Below, piece after piece: positions 14,970 to 29,315 of a DNA stretch of 64,000 bases (within the stretch, counting starts at the first letter, position 1; each line of letters begins with the position of its first letter). Below the pieces are notes generated by a model. It was not told the DNA's origin. It worked only from the letters and a program-made list of their open reading frames with translations, and made no database searches. The stretch spans positions 193,068,001 to 193,132,000 of the forward strand of contig OZ024740.1 in NCBI GenBank assembly GCA_964016885.1, in the 5' to 3' direction. The translations under genes were made by a program, and so were the position numbers. Source of the DNA: Eledone cirrhosa. Taxonomy: Eukaryota.

Positions 14970-15889
14970 ATATATATATATATATATATATTGGTAAGCG
15001 GAAAAAAAATGCTGACAAATTGTTCACAGTGAAAAATAGTTTAATTAGGAATAAGTGAAAATTAGTAATAGTATTGGTTAATATTCAGTTTTGGTTTTAG
15101 GTTTTACCGGTTGCGCATTTCTAATCCTTTTCAAAAATAATTTTGAGATAAAGCGTCCGTGATGTTTGCTCTAATCTGATTAGTTTTGGAAATTCTACCT
15201 GTTTTTATGTTAAAAAAGATGTTCCAGCGGTAATAAAATAAGTTTTGCGCCAATTCGTGTTACAAAAATTCTTGTGGTCAAAATAATTTTGATTGGTCGG
15301 TAGAGGTCATGTGAATGTTTAAAATTGATTTTGCGCCAAATGTGGGTTTGTGTCGGCTGATTGAGAAGTCACTGATTGAGAAGTTGCTACCATAAGAAGG
15401 AACAAAAACCCTAGAAATCATCTCCCCCAGAATGACATTTACAACTTTCCCCCTTCAAGGAGACACCATACGAAATCACTCAACTACTAGGCGGAAGCCT
15501 CATCGTCAAACATAGGGAAAAGATACCACCACCATGATAGATGTAACAACTTCCCCGCTTCAAGGGGACAGCAAGTTAATTTCCATTTTCTCAACTCTCG
15601 CTTCCACAATACACAACAAACCCACACCACACGATACATCCAACAACGTAGGCCACCTATAACACCACAATCCAACATGGCATATAAAAACACACACCCA
15701 TACTCGCAGTACAGGGACACCCCATTCAATCTACAACCACCAACCCGAACCACATTTTACAACAACAAGGAATATAACAAACACAGGAGACCACTTAACA
15801 TCAGCAGACACGCCCTCTACCCCAACCATTTTTTAGACACAGCACACAGATACAGGCAAACAAAATAACACAAGACAGGGAGGAGAAAC

Positions 15890-18152
15890 CGATGGTAATA
15901 ACAATTATCAATCTAACTAGTGCAGAACCAACACCCAACCTTATCAACTTACTCTCCAAAGGTCTTAAATTCACACCGACCCCACTACGTCCTCACTACT
16001 ATGAAATGAAGGAAGACATCACAGACTTCTGTAGAAAGTTATGACTCAGTGAACAACTATTCGACCAGTACAATGAGGATGAATCATTAGCCAGAAATAA
16101 AAGAAATTACACCCCCATCAAAAGGTAGAAAAAAATAATGGACGAATTCTGTGAACACATCACAAACTTCCCTTACCAACACTTGCACATACAAAAATAC
16201 AAGCCAAACTTCAACAAGAAAGAATGGAAAGAATTAAATAGATTAAAAACTGACAGAAACATTACAATTAAAGAGGCTGATAAAGGGAGTACAGTAGTCC
16301 TAATGGAGACAGAATTCTATATCAACTTAGCGCTCTTCACTTTGGAAAACGAAACATACTACGAAAAGGCTGAACACTACAGTCAACAGAAAATTATGAG
16401 AAACCTAAAAACTCTGATCAACCAATACAAAGAAGGACTCACTAACAAGGAATTCAGCTTCATCACAGACTTCACAAGTAAATCCAGCCATATCTATGGT
16501 ATCCCTAAAATACATAAAAGCGAATTAATAAGTAAGGCATGCAAGGAAGCCACAAGCATAGTCAGCAATGTCCCCTCACCCAATGATTTCAAATTAAGAC
16601 CTATAATAGCAGGCCCCGCTTGCGAAACCCACCGTCTTAGCAACTTTATTGATACCCTTCTCAAGCCTTTTCTCAAACACATCAAAAGCTATATAAGGGC
16701 CGACCTAGATATGCTCAATCCCCTCTTAATATGCCCCTTTCTGAACAAACCCTACTAGTGACGTTCGATGTAGTCAACCTATACTCCAACATCCCCCACA
16801 ACCTAGGAATAGAAGCTATCCAATTCTGCCTGGATAATTACCACAATGAACTCCCACAACGCATCAAAAAAGAATTCGTGATAGAGGGACTCAAATTTAT
16901 CTTGGAGAACAATTACTTCGTTTTCAATAACAAACCCTACAGGCAGAAATATGGGACCGCTATGGGAACGAAAACAGCCCCCACGTATGCCAACCTAGTC
17001 ATGGGATACCTGGAAATCACCCTCTACACTAAAGTCCTAAACAAATTTGGAAACACTCTCCACTTACACATAGAAAGGAACTCGAAGCGATATCTAGATG
17101 ACTGTTTCATCCTTTGGCACGAAAACATCGAGAAACTTAAATAATTTCACACCCTTATGAATGGGCTCAACACGAATATTAACTTTACGATGGAATATAG
17201 CCATCAACAACTCCCCTTCCTCGACATCCTCATTAAGATCCATAACAAAATAATAGAAACTGACATATACTACAAGCCCACAGACTCCAGACAATATCTT
17301 CCTTTCAACTCGTGCCACTCTAGACACGTTAACATTAATATTCCCTACCACTTAGCCAAGAGAATCTGTACTATAGTCTCCAATAAAAACACTTGCTACT
17401 TACGGCTACAAGAACTAAAGGACACACTCATAGGCAGGGACTACCCTGCATCACTAAATGACAATGGAATCCAACGTGCCCTAAAACTCAGTACCCAGGA
17501 CCTTAGGCACCCTAAAGTAAATCAACCGAAACTAAAAGCTCTTCCATACATCTCCACACACAACCCCCTCAACAATGAAGCCTTTGACACCATCCTAAAG
17601 AACATCCCTGTGTTGAAAAAGGACCACAGAATGAACCAAATCCTACGAACACACGATATCATAAAGAGCAAAAGTCAATCTAAGTCAATGAAAAACATCC
17701 TAACACATGCCAAAGTACTGCCAACCACAACAACGAAACCCACCGTAAAAAAATGCGATAGACGCAACTGTGACATATGCATCAACCTAATAGAGGGTTC
17801 GGAATTCTATTTTAAAGAAGGACAACGTTTTATAGTAAAACACAATTTCACATGCGCATCAGAAAATCTAATATATTTATTAACTTGCTCAGGTTGTCGA
17901 GAACAATACATAGGCCAGACTAAAAACAGCCTCCGCCAACGCATGACTGTCCATAGATCCCAAATTAAAATACGGGAATACAGGAACATACCACTGAGTG
18001 AACACATTGATACCAGTGCCGCCCAAAATCATCCCAACTTCAGAATCTTTCCCCTCTACAAATTTAAAGATAATGCCACCCACACCCAGCGCATCATCAA
18101 GGAATCTTACTTTATTAACAAATACGGACCCCGTCTAAACACTTCTCCCTAA
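15890..18152 (+). pseudogene. PLE reverse transcriptase + GIY-YIG endonuclease, disrupted by stops and a frameshift
   Basis: ORFs 16138-16758 (IKEADKGS, YGIPKIHK, LRPII), 16731-17144 (FDVVNLYSNIP, GTAMG, YLDD), 17157-18152 (LPFLDI, NLIYLLTCSGC..YIGQT..R..H..E..LN). Confidence 0.92.
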
Positions 18153-19244
18153 GACGAACCCACAACATACACACGTCAACATACATACCTACATCAGCAT
18201 ACATCTCTACCCACATATAAACATAATGGCATACGTAAACACACATGTTCTATAGTGCAACACAAATATACACAAATTTGCATACCTTTTGATGCCGACA
18301 CACACACATACATAAACGCACACATGCATTGCACACTGATGGGCACATACATGTTTGTACACAAGTATTCCAATACGGCAAGACCTAATGGATTCCCCTT
18401 GCAGTGCGTACAATCTGGACACACTCACACACACTTTGGTATTATGCCAATACTATATATCATTTCACACCTTTTATTATTAAGGTATTTGATGATCTAT
18501 TGAGAGAATCGATTTTACTGAAAATATCGAATAATGTACACTATTTCACCAGTATCACAAAAATAATTACTGGTCCACCCACACACACGCACACACACAC
18601 ACTCACATTCTCACACACAGACACGTGTATGTCAACACACGCACATATATACACACACACATACACATGCGAACATTAACATACAAAGAGACATATATAT
18701 ACACACACACACACACCCACACACACACACACACACACTTCTCCGTATAAGACAAGAGCTGAAAAATATATTTTAACATGTTAAAATATCCCCCACACAT
18801 ATACAGACACATTTCTACTGACCGTCCCTCTACCACAAATTACTCTACTACACACACACACACACACTTGTCTTAATAGGCGTTTGAACTGTCATGAGGC
18901 TGCGGTTCGCACACACATCCCTGCTGACCATTATCACAACAACGAACCTCTTTAGTACTACTACACACACACACACACCCATATTTGTTTTGAAAGACTT
19001 ATTTTTCACTGACTTCTCAATCAGCCGACACAAACCTACATTTGGCGCAAAATCAATTTTTAACATTCACATGACCTCTACCGACCAATCAAAATTGTTT
19101 TGACCACAAGAATTTTTGCAACACGAATTGGCGCAAGACTTATTTTAATACCGCTGGAGCCACTTTTTTTAATCTAAAATCAGGTAGAATTTCTAAAAAT
19201 AATCAGATTAGAGTAAACATCACGGACGCTCTATCTCAAAATTA

Positions 19245-19280
19245 TTTTTGAAAAGCATTAGAAATGCGCAACCGGTAAAA
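19245..19280 (+). ncRNA. Hammerhead remnant, U3-A8 variant with GCAA in place of GAAA
   Basis: ttt-TTGAAAA-gcatt aga aatgc-GCAA-ccgg-TA-aaa; mirror copy 15102-15137(-). Confidence 0.55.
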
Positions 19281-19490
19281 CTTAAAACCAAAACTGAATA
19301 CTAACCAATACTATTACTAATTATCACTTATTCATAATTAAACTATTTTTCACCTAGAACAATTTGTCAGCATTTTCTTTTCCGTTTATATATCATAACG
19401 TGTGTGTTACACCTCTATTCTTTTAATATATATATATATATATATACGATATTAAATAAATGGAAATTATATTTATAAAACCATATTTAT

Positions 19491-19550
19491 TTCATTATAT
19501 ATATTTCAGGGATATCATATTAACAATATGTTATGCCTTCTTCAGACAAA
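19491..19550 (-). ncRNA. Minimal hammerhead ribozyme
   Basis: tttgt-CTGAAGA-agg..catatt/aatatg..cct-GAAA-tatata-TA-atgaa. Confidence 0.65.
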
Positions 19551-19796
19551 ATACAATATAGACAGTCTTATAAATAAATAGATTTGACATACCTTTCAAC
19601 ATCGACTTGCATTTGAAAAGTTGATTTGGCAGTAAAAATATTATGGACAGTTGTAAACAGAAAGAAAGAAAGAAAGGGTTCTTAAGCCCAATATCAGGCT
19701 AAATAAATTCTTTAATTTCTTTACTCAAAATACGGCGATAGCTTTCATTTATAATAATTTCAAACCAACTCTCTGTTTCTAAATTATTCTTACTTG

Positions 19797-19928
<132 letters not shown>

Positions 19929-20023
19929 GTATAGTTTTATGTATGTAGGTATGTATGTATGTATGTATGTATTTATATATAAATACATACATACATCATA
20001 CATACATACATATAAATATACAT

Positions 20024-20057
<34 letters not shown>

Positions 20058-20059
<2 letters not shown>

Positions 20060-20425
20060 GAACAAGTAAGACCCCAGCGGCAGAGCTCAAGCCGTTTCGA
20101 CGGCTAATTCTGGACAATTGAGACCAGAATTAGCCGTCGAAACTACTTGAGCTCTACCGTCGGGGTCTTACTTGTTCCTATTACCCACTCTACTACCCTA
20201 AGTATTGAGTACTTTGGTGCGTTATGGTCCATCTGGTTCCTTACCACATTTCCTTCGTTATTTATATATATATAAATCTATAATGAAGTAAATGTGGTAA
20301 GGAACCAGGTGGACCATAACGCACCAGAGTACACAATACGTAGGGTAGTAGAGTAGGTAGTAGATTTAGTCCAGAAATAGCCGTCGAAACGGCCCGAGCT
20401 CTGCCGTTGGGGTCTTAAACTTTTA
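20058..20425. mobile_element. PLE pseudo-LTR remnants (family L), inverted
   Basis: 20058-20115 inverted vs 20123-20180; 20280-20425 further inverted copy; carries 3' half of HHR gtc-GAAA-cggc..gccg-TY-gggg. Confidence 0.65.
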
Positions 20426-20451
20426 TCTCTCTCTATATATATATATATGTG

Positions 20452-22636
20452 AGTGTGGGTACCGGTACATATGTATACATCCGATAGGGTGTGGTAAAAA
20501 CCAGCTAGACCATATCCCATCTGAGTACTCGATGTGCTTCGGGTGATATGAAGAGATTCGAGACCACGACGGCTGAGCTCTGGCAGTTTCGACAGCTAGA
20601 TCCGACAAGCGTGATATACATATATCACGCTTGTCAGCAAAAGAGCAAATCTTCAATGAATACGTGCCACACTATAACCAGGCCCTCAAAAAAGCAGCTT
20701 CAAGGAGTGACTTTCCTATTACCTAGGCATAAATATCGGATCCAGCAGGTGACGCCGCTGCTGACATACGTGTCTTGGTTTAATTCTCCCTACAATGCTG
20801 AGGGCGTAAGAACAATTAGCAATACCTCCCTCAGACTGTATGACAAACACTTCCCATCGCAACACCGCTACCACAATATTATCAATAAAAACAGTTGCAC
20901 TTTCATACAGCACTACAACCAACTTTGCACAAAATATCGTTTCCTCTAACAACGCAAGATTCCACTCTAACCGAATTAACAACGATATTACTGGTGAGCA
21001 AACTAGGAAGTGAAAATTGTCAGGATAGTTCATCGTGCCCCCTCAATAATAGATGCTGAAAACGAAATGTATTCGACCAGTGCAACGTGAGGACGGAACA
21101 TTCCATCAAGGCTTACATGAGATTAACCACCTTCGAGTTCAAGACACGGTACTACCAACATCAACATTTATTGAGAAACCCGGCACGGCGACATGCCACA
21201 GCACTTTCTTGGCATATTTGGGAACTCCAAGACAATAACATTAACTATCATCTAAAATAGAACCTACTTACTTTCCAAGGGAAAATCTTACTCGGGAAGA
21301 CGCCGTCCATGCCATTCATGCTCGCAGGAGACGATCAGATGCTGTTTGCCAAGGATCAATTATTAAACAAATTGAACTTGTTACCTCATGTAAACACATA
21401 ATATATAGACATATCTTACCTTCAAACACCCTCACGATCCAGATAGGGAGATCTTGGTCTTAATATCATGGCGACTTAGACACTAAAATAGAAGAAGCCG
21501 TGAGTTCACTTGTCCCTTCCCTAAAGCATCCTTTGGTAGAAACATATTTTCCTTCTTGTAAACATATAGATATTGCTCTTTAAGACCAGCCGATTAGATA
21601 GCTATAATGCATGCACAGACCCATTATTCAAGCTGAAGCACGAGGCACAAGTTTAAACGCCGCCAATCCTGTATTTCAGCAATGATATGCCTTTTATATA
21701 GAGTAAATTTGTACTATTATACACACATACATCAGGCCCGTACGTAAGCACCATCATAAAAACTATAGCGTTAACAATGTTAAAGAAAGCTATTAGTTGC
21801 ATTTAATTATATTACTTCTTTTTGCTACGGTATTGCGATGGCTTTGATATAGCTGTTATAAATACACATTGAGGCATTCTTTCCATAATATATAGATTCT
21901 TAACTAACGTATGATAGCATGAGAACCGAAACAACTAGAACTATTTTTAAGATTAATGTTAGATTTATTGGTGTTTAAAATAAGTATATTAGTGAACAAG
22001 GAACTTTTTTAGGGCCATTAAGCCATAGATAACTAAAGCTATCTACTAGGACAGTAGATTGTAATAAATTATAAATGCTTATCTTTTAACACATCGTAAA
22101 TAAAAAGCAAATTAACAAACAAATAAATACACTACACTATTCCCTTTGACTTAAATACGCTGAAATAAAAATCTCTCTCGTTTTGTTTTTAACCCAATTT
22201 TACAGATTAGAAATATTTGATCAGGTAGAACTCTCTCTTAACTGCGTGTGCGCTCTACTGACTAGCTTAACATCTTCATATCAATAAGTCTAGTTACCCA
22301 TTTCCTCCTACTTTTCATCCTGTCTAGCCCATTCCCTGCTACCATGAGTGTAATAAAACTAGATAATTCAAGACCTTTATCGGAATATAGCAGGATTAAA
22401 CCAGACATTTGAATTTAGAGCCCCCCCCCTCAACGATGACTGACCATTAGCGGAGAAAAACAAAACACTAAAAGACTAGAGAACTTTTATGAGATTTTTA
22501 GACTGTCTACCAATATAAAGCCTATACCCCTTGAGGAGTTCAGTTAGATTCCCACTGGTTGAATACTGGCACTTTAGTTCGGATCTAGTTGTTGAAACGG
22601 CCAAAGCTCAACCGTGGGTGTCTTGAATCTTTTCAT
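20452..22636 (+). mobile_element. 5'-truncated decayed PLE (Nematis/Hydra-like, clade tentative)
   Basis: fragments ISRLSAKEQIFNE, WFNSPY, KHFPSQHRYHNIINK and GIY-YIG remnants 20600-21430; inverted arms 20545-20587 / 22578-22636. Confidence 0.75.
22524..22621 (+). ncRNA. Degenerate hammerhead with long stem II
   Basis: atacc..TTGAGGA-cagttagattc..ggatctagttg-GAAA-cgg..ccg-TG-ggtgt. Confidence 0.45.
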
Positions 22637-22640
22637 ATAC

Positions 22641-22743
<103 letters not shown>

Positions 22744-22837
22744 TGTGTGTGTGTGTGAGTATGCGTGTGTGTGCGCTTGTGGTTTTATGCATACACTTAC
22801 GCAAACACAAATATATGTGTATATATCTATCTATCTA

Positions 22838-22882
<45 letters not shown>

Positions 22883-23026
22883 AATATATAAGAACCGTAG
22901 AGCAAATATTTATTAAAATAACAGATTAAAGTTTAAGCAAAGAATCGCTGCTTCAGAAGATCCCGTTAAGGGTGAAAGCAGCGATTCTTTGCTTAAACTT
23001 TAATCTGTTATTTTAATATATATATA

Positions 23027-23089
<63 letters not shown>

Positions 23090-23722
23090 GTGAGGGTTAC
23101 GCCGATCATTCTGTTTCGATAATCCAGCATTGTAATTTGAAAGCATGAAACCATGGGTTATCAAGAAATCAGGAAAATACATTGAATGCAACATTCACAA
23201 GAATCATCATTGAAGCCCACTAAGGTACTTTTAATTTATCCATCCTCCTCGGAGCCGCTGGTCTACATAACTGGAAATTAAATGGTGTAAAATGTACAAA
23301 GAATTTTCCTACACACTCGCGATGATATCCTTTAAATTGGAGTGGCAAAAAGGAATTAATTCAAAAGTTATGTTTCTGATTATATTTTTATTCAAAGTTA
23401 GTGAAAAATATTACAGTATTAATGATTGGTGTTACCTTCAAATATTCAAATAGAAATATATTTTAATGACGACAATTCAGAAATCGTATATTATAATGTA
23501 AAAACGTCAATTAAGTTATTTTCAATGTATAGCCGATTTCTTGTAGGTTTGCGTGTTGTCGCCTACGGTAATAACATATTGATTCTGTGATTAAATGCTC
23601 TCAAATGGTAGTTCAATAACTGTAATTAATTATAAAAAATTATAATACAGTACTTACATTTAATCATGTTATTCATTTGCACACCATATATATATATATA
23701 TATATATATGTATAAACACATG

Positions 23723-23793
<71 letters not shown>

Positions 23794-23941
23794 ATAATAA
23801 TATTTAACTCCATAATAGCACCACCAACTACAAAAACAAAGACGGTTGAACTGCTTTACGTTGAGTACTCTCTATATTATTACATTGCGATTGACCATAC
23901 GGAATTGACCAGCTCTATCCAGTGGTGAACCTCAAACCTGA

Positions 23942-24007
<66 letters not shown>

Positions 24008-24012
24008 TGCGT

Positions 24013-25120
24013 ATTTATTTATAACTGCTGGAGAAACAACCTAGCAGCTCCCTCAAACACTGATGGTGATTATCGCTAAATATTGATGTTGATTTGGTTA
24101 TCAATATTACTATTATTGGATTACCCAATGAAGATTTATAAGTGCCCACTTGAATAAGTGTCTGTTGATCTCATATAAGCTTCTACATAACTTGTTATAA
24201 TTTCACCCAACTTGTAGAAATCTTATAATGAAACTAGTCGTCTGGGAAATGATATATTTGATATATCTCATATGAAATAATACAGCCAATTATCCACACA
24301 ATACAATATAGTTAGCACCCCAAACGTTTAATTGGGAATATAATCAGGTATTTCCTAATGTTTGTTGAGTGAGTTGCAATTTGGCCGGAGTATCGCTATT
24401 AGCTTTCTCCGATTATGTATTTATATATTTACTCTTGGAGCAACAGATATGAACTTTCCCGATATAAGGTATGACTCTCTTTGTTTATTTTTTATATGAA
24501 TATTGAGTGTTAGTACTTGTATCTCATTCTGTTATTTTGCCCGATAAAATATCTATATGTGTCATTTAGCGGTGCACGCATATGAATATTTTTTCATATC
24601 CAATTGAGTTCTTAGCACGTGGCTTGAATTCTTGTCAGAGTTCAACGACCTGCGCATGTATTGTTTTTAGGCGGTAGCCTCCTTCCTCCCATTTTCGAGA
24701 CAGTGTGAGATATTTATTTAGAACTGCTGGACTAGCAACCTAGCAACTCTCTCAAACACTGGTGGTGATTATCGCTAAATATTGATGTTGATTTGGTTAT
24801 CAATATTAACATTATTGGGTTACCCATTGAAGATTTATAAGCGGCCACTTGAATAAATATCTGTTGATCTTATCCAAGCTTCTACAGAAATTGGTATATT
24901 TTCACCGCACTTGTAGAAATCTCATAATGAAACGAGTCGTCTGGAAAATGATATATTTGATATATCTCATATGAAATAATACAGCCAATTATCCACACAA
25001 TACAATATAGTTAGCACCCCAAACGTTTAATTAGGAATATACTCAGGTATTTCCTAATGTTTGTTGAGTGAGTTGCAATTTGGCCGGAGTATCGCTATTA
25101 GCTTTCACCGAGTATGTATA
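24013..25120 (+). repeat. Partial tandem duplication, ~699-bp unit, pseudo-LTR-like
   Basis: 24013-24425 repeated at 24712-25120; degenerate HHR aaca-CTGATG-gtga tta tcgc-TAAA..tgtt at ~24056-24090. Confidence 0.75.
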
Positions 25121-25695
25121 TATATATATGAAAAAAGAGATGTACGACGTCACTTGTGGCTGGTGCAATTCAAGAATTCAATGTTTATTAAAAAAATATT
25201 TTGGTTATCAGTCCTTGTACGTCCTTGTTAAATTCCGTGGTGAAATATAATCCAGACTCGAGCTGCAAGTTACTGAAATATTGTGGAACTGGTTATGTCT
25301 TTCCTGGTAGAAATGTTCTGCTAGAGAATGCATCGTAGGTGGCGAACAACGATGTGCCTACGAGATATGATGGTTAGTAGTGATATAAGGGCAACTGATA
25401 GGTAAATGAGCAAACCTGGATCTATACAGATCAGCTACTAGGGGACATGGAGCCTATAGCTCCCAAGATATGACAACTATAGTTCACATGAATAACATTC
25501 AGAAACCAGTGATTACGAAAAGGCGAGAAAACGTATTAGATTAGTCACTGGCTCGAATAAGTCCACCAAAACTGTAAGATGGTGAGAGGTAACAAAAAGA
25601 AGACACCACATCACATCGTCTTTCGAATGAGTTCGAAAAATATATTGCAATCTCCATCTCATGCTGTAAAAATTGGCGACGTGTGTTTGTCTAGA

Positions 25696-25742
<47 letters not shown>

Positions 25743-25805
25743 CATATATATATACACATGTGCATATATATATACACACACAGACATACATATATATATA
25801 TATAC

Positions 25806-25901
<96 letters not shown>

Positions 25902-26421
25902 GATAAAAAGTTGGAATATGGAACAGATACAGTGAGTGGGAGAGAATGAATGAAAGTCAGATGTGTAAACGCAGACAGATGGAACATTGCAAGAAGAATT
26001 TTCAGCTTATTATGTTCAAGTAAAATGAAAACTGGGTGTCTCAAAGAAGCTGCTGTGATTGATAGCTAGCTTATGTAGTGTTATTATATTTTTACTAAAA
26101 AATATCTTAAGGGACTTGCATATACAAATACAATCTATAAAAGAATATAAGATTTGGCATAAGTTGATGTTAGTGGAATGTATCAAATTTTACCAAAGTA
26201 TAACGATAAATATTGTACTACGAACGTTTACATTGGAATGGTAAATTCAGTATAGATTTTGTTCTGCCATTGAGTGATATCGGGGATTAGTCCTTACAAA
26301 AAGCTTTAGATATGATTAGAAAATATAACAACCAATATATCTGAAAAATCCTCGAAAAATCCTCTCTCATACACTGTCTCACACAAACATACACACATAC
26401 ACGCACACTACACACAAACAT

Positions 26422-26471
<50 letters not shown>

Positions 26472-26483
26472 ACACACATACAT

Positions 26484-26530
<47 letters not shown>

Positions 26531-26789
26531 CAATATTAATAATAAACTGGAGGGGGTGTTATATCCTCATTACATTTATTGATGTGTGACTCGCGTTCCC
26601 CGATTAATCAACTCAAGGCTCGATCGGTCTCGATCGGGTCGGACTCGGGAGTCAAAACATCGTCTGAAATATATATATATATGCCGAGCGCTAATTGAGC
26701 AGGGAGGCCGCACCTCGCAGGTTTATAGCCCCACGGTGGGCCCATATGACCCTAATGATAGTGACCGTTCCGCACACCTCAGTGATACT

Positions 26790-27830
26790 AACCGAGCTCG
26801 ACCACGGCGGACACCAAACAACCCTGCAAGAATAGGACCAGGAAGGTCACATGGTATAACCCTCCGTACTTGGTGGGTCTACGTACCAGCCTGGCTAGAA
26901 CATTCTTTAGAGTACTGGTTAAATGTATCCCTAGTGCTCACAAGTAGCATAAAATATTCAACAGGCACACGGTGAAACTTTCCTACTCAACCACACGCTC
27001 TGAATCCCAGCACATATCTGGTATAAATAGAAATAGGCTCACTGCCTCTAATATCACCGTAAACCCCGGTGCCACCCAACAGAACCAGCACGCAGGACGC
27101 ACCGGAACCCGGACAGGCCCAACTAGCACACCGGAACCCAACGACCCTGTGCTGATTGCGGAGGCTACCCAGACAGCCCGAGTGATGGTAACCACGCGGT
27201 ACATGTGGTGGGGCTTAAGAAGTCATGCAATTGCAGAGACCCATCACTATGCTCCCTTAGTAATGAATGCATGACGAAAAACGTAGTATACAGGTGCAAG
27301 GTCGCAACCCCTAATTCGGAGCACCACTACATAGGATCCACAGCGACGAGCTTCAAAGATCGGTGGTATAACCATCGCCAATCCTTTAACAGAATACATA
27401 AGAGGAAATGTACGGCCTTTTCTGAATTGATCTGGAAGCTCAAATTTGAAAACACCCCGCATTCTCTGGTCTGGTCGGTGATTAGAAAGGTTCCCCCAGA
27501 CAGAGGCTGGTCTGGTATTTGCAACCTCAGTCTTAGTGAGACACTCGACATACTTCATGGCGGAACCAAGCTACTAAGCAGAAGGGCCGACTTATTCGGT
27601 GCCTGCAGACACCTAAGGACAGGAACTTTCCTCAAGCTATATGGATAAACCCCGGTTAAGGCCTCCCCCAACGCCCCCCCCCCCCCCCCAAGTAGGTCCC
27701 CTACACACCGTACCAATGACCAATGGACAACAATAACCACCCATAATTTGTGGTCCCTATGGTGGATGGTCCACCCGATCCTCTACTGGTTAGGTGTCAT
27801 CAAAACCACGTTTTATTGAACCTGATTTTA
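26790..27830 (+). mobile_element. 5'-truncated PLE (Nematis/Hydra-like) with GIY-YIG
   Basis: WYNPPY..HKIFNRHTVKLSYS; ORF 27205-27648 CNCR..NVVYRC..YIGST..FKDRWYNH..IWKLK..CRH. Confidence 0.85.
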
Positions 27831-27940
27831 TATATATAATATATATATATATATATAAAATCAGGTTCAATAAAACGTGGTTTTGATGACACCTAACCAG
27901 TAGAGGATCGGGTGGACCATCCACAATAGGGACCACAAAT
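27745..27940. repeat. Near-perfect palindrome (~85-bp arms) around a short TA spacer
   Basis: 27745-27830 reverse complement of 27856-27940. Confidence 0.9.
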
Positions 27941-28018
27941 GATATATTATATGTATATATATTATATGTATATATATTATATGTATATATATATATATTT
28001 TATATGTGTATATATGTG

Positions 28019-28073
<55 letters not shown>

Positions 28074-28991
28074 ATATATATATGTATTTTCTATATGTAT
28101 ATATGTATATATATTTTATTTATATATGTATTTTATATATATATATATATATTTTATATGTATATATATATTTTATGTATATATATATATTTTATATATA
28201 TATGTGTTTTATATATATATATGTATGTATATTATATATATATATGTATTTTATATATATATATATATATTTTATATGTAAATATATATTTTATATATAT
28301 ATATATTTTATGTATATATATATATATATATATACTTGTGCGTACATATATATATATACACACCTGAATGGATTTCTGTGTGTAGATGTATGTGTGTGTC
28401 TGAGTGGGTAGGTGTGAGTGTATGTACAAGTCAACCAACATAAGCCTTTTATGTCTAAATGTTCTAAACAAATCTATGTATTTGACTCTAACCATTATTT
28501 TAAGTATTACCACCCCACATTAATTCATTAGTTCCTGAATTTGTATGTGTCGATGTGTGTGTGTGTGTCTGTGGAGGTGGGTGTGAGTGTACGTGCAAGC
28601 CAACCTACATAAGTCTTTTTGTTTGTAAATTTTCTACTCTAACCTTAATTTTCAGTAGCACCACTCCACATAAATTCCTCAATTTATGAAGGACTTGTAG
28701 TATCTATTTCATACTATTAACGTTAATTGAATATATATCTGACCAGGAATGCTTTTTGTGAAAATCAGTCATATGGAACTATTGTCATCTTGCCTGACGG
28801 TTTGAACTTTACAACACCACCTGCCTCTTTGACGTCAAATACCAACCCTACTAGCATCTACAAACTGCCCAATGAGAATTAAGAGTATTCCTGCTGACAA
28901 CATTAAATTATTCCTAACAAGCTCATATCTCCCAAGGCTCTGATACCATCAACACTATAAACACAGAGCTGGCATATCTAAGAACTGACTA

Positions 28992-29047
28992 ACTGCCTGA
29001 TGAGGTCATAGCCATTCAATGGCTATCATCGAAATATATATAGCAGT
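28992..29047 (+). ncRNA. Minimal hammerhead ribozyme (family M)
   Basis: actgc-CTGATGA-ggtcatagccat tca atggctatcatc-GAAA-tatata-TA-gcagt. Confidence 0.85.
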
Positions 29048-29112
29048 AAATAAAGTATTATGAGTTGATGCAATTGACTTATGTTTCGTCACTATATATA
29101 TATATAGAGAGA

Positions 29113-29251
29113 GAATTCACAAGAATCAAAGCTATGTTCAAAGCATGTATTCACTTACAATTGGTTCATCCAAACCACGGCTTGGGGTCTTCGGAGCATT
29201 TTTCAACGCTTGTACATATAATTGACTTCCTATCCAACGCAGGAGACATAC

Positions 29252-29315
<64 letters not shown>

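Larger units (their letters stand above)
14992..19428 (+). mobile_element. Penelope-like retroelement (Neptune-type), with inverted 5' pseudo-LTR
   Basis: 14995-15372 inverted vs 19011-19388; internal RT and C-terminal GIY-YIG; inserted in (TA)n. Confidence 0.9.

Noticed and set aside
16138-18152. Programmed frameshift or selenocysteine readthrough in the PLE ORF
   Set aside because: Multiple stops including TAA/TAG plus a frameshift fit neutral decay; the endonuclease is C-terminal, unlike Sec-using Naiad elements
26581-26660. Minus-strand HHR remnant (cccga/tcggg, GAA-cgcgag-TC)
   Set aside because: Core too eroded to call; similar weak candidates at ~23100-23255, ~41125-41225, ~48405-48495, ~54865-54925 and ~56725-56750 were also not annotated
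27876-27937. TTGATGA-cacc..ggtg hammerhead-like motif
   Set aside because: No GAAA, no UH site, and wrong orientation relative to the element terminus
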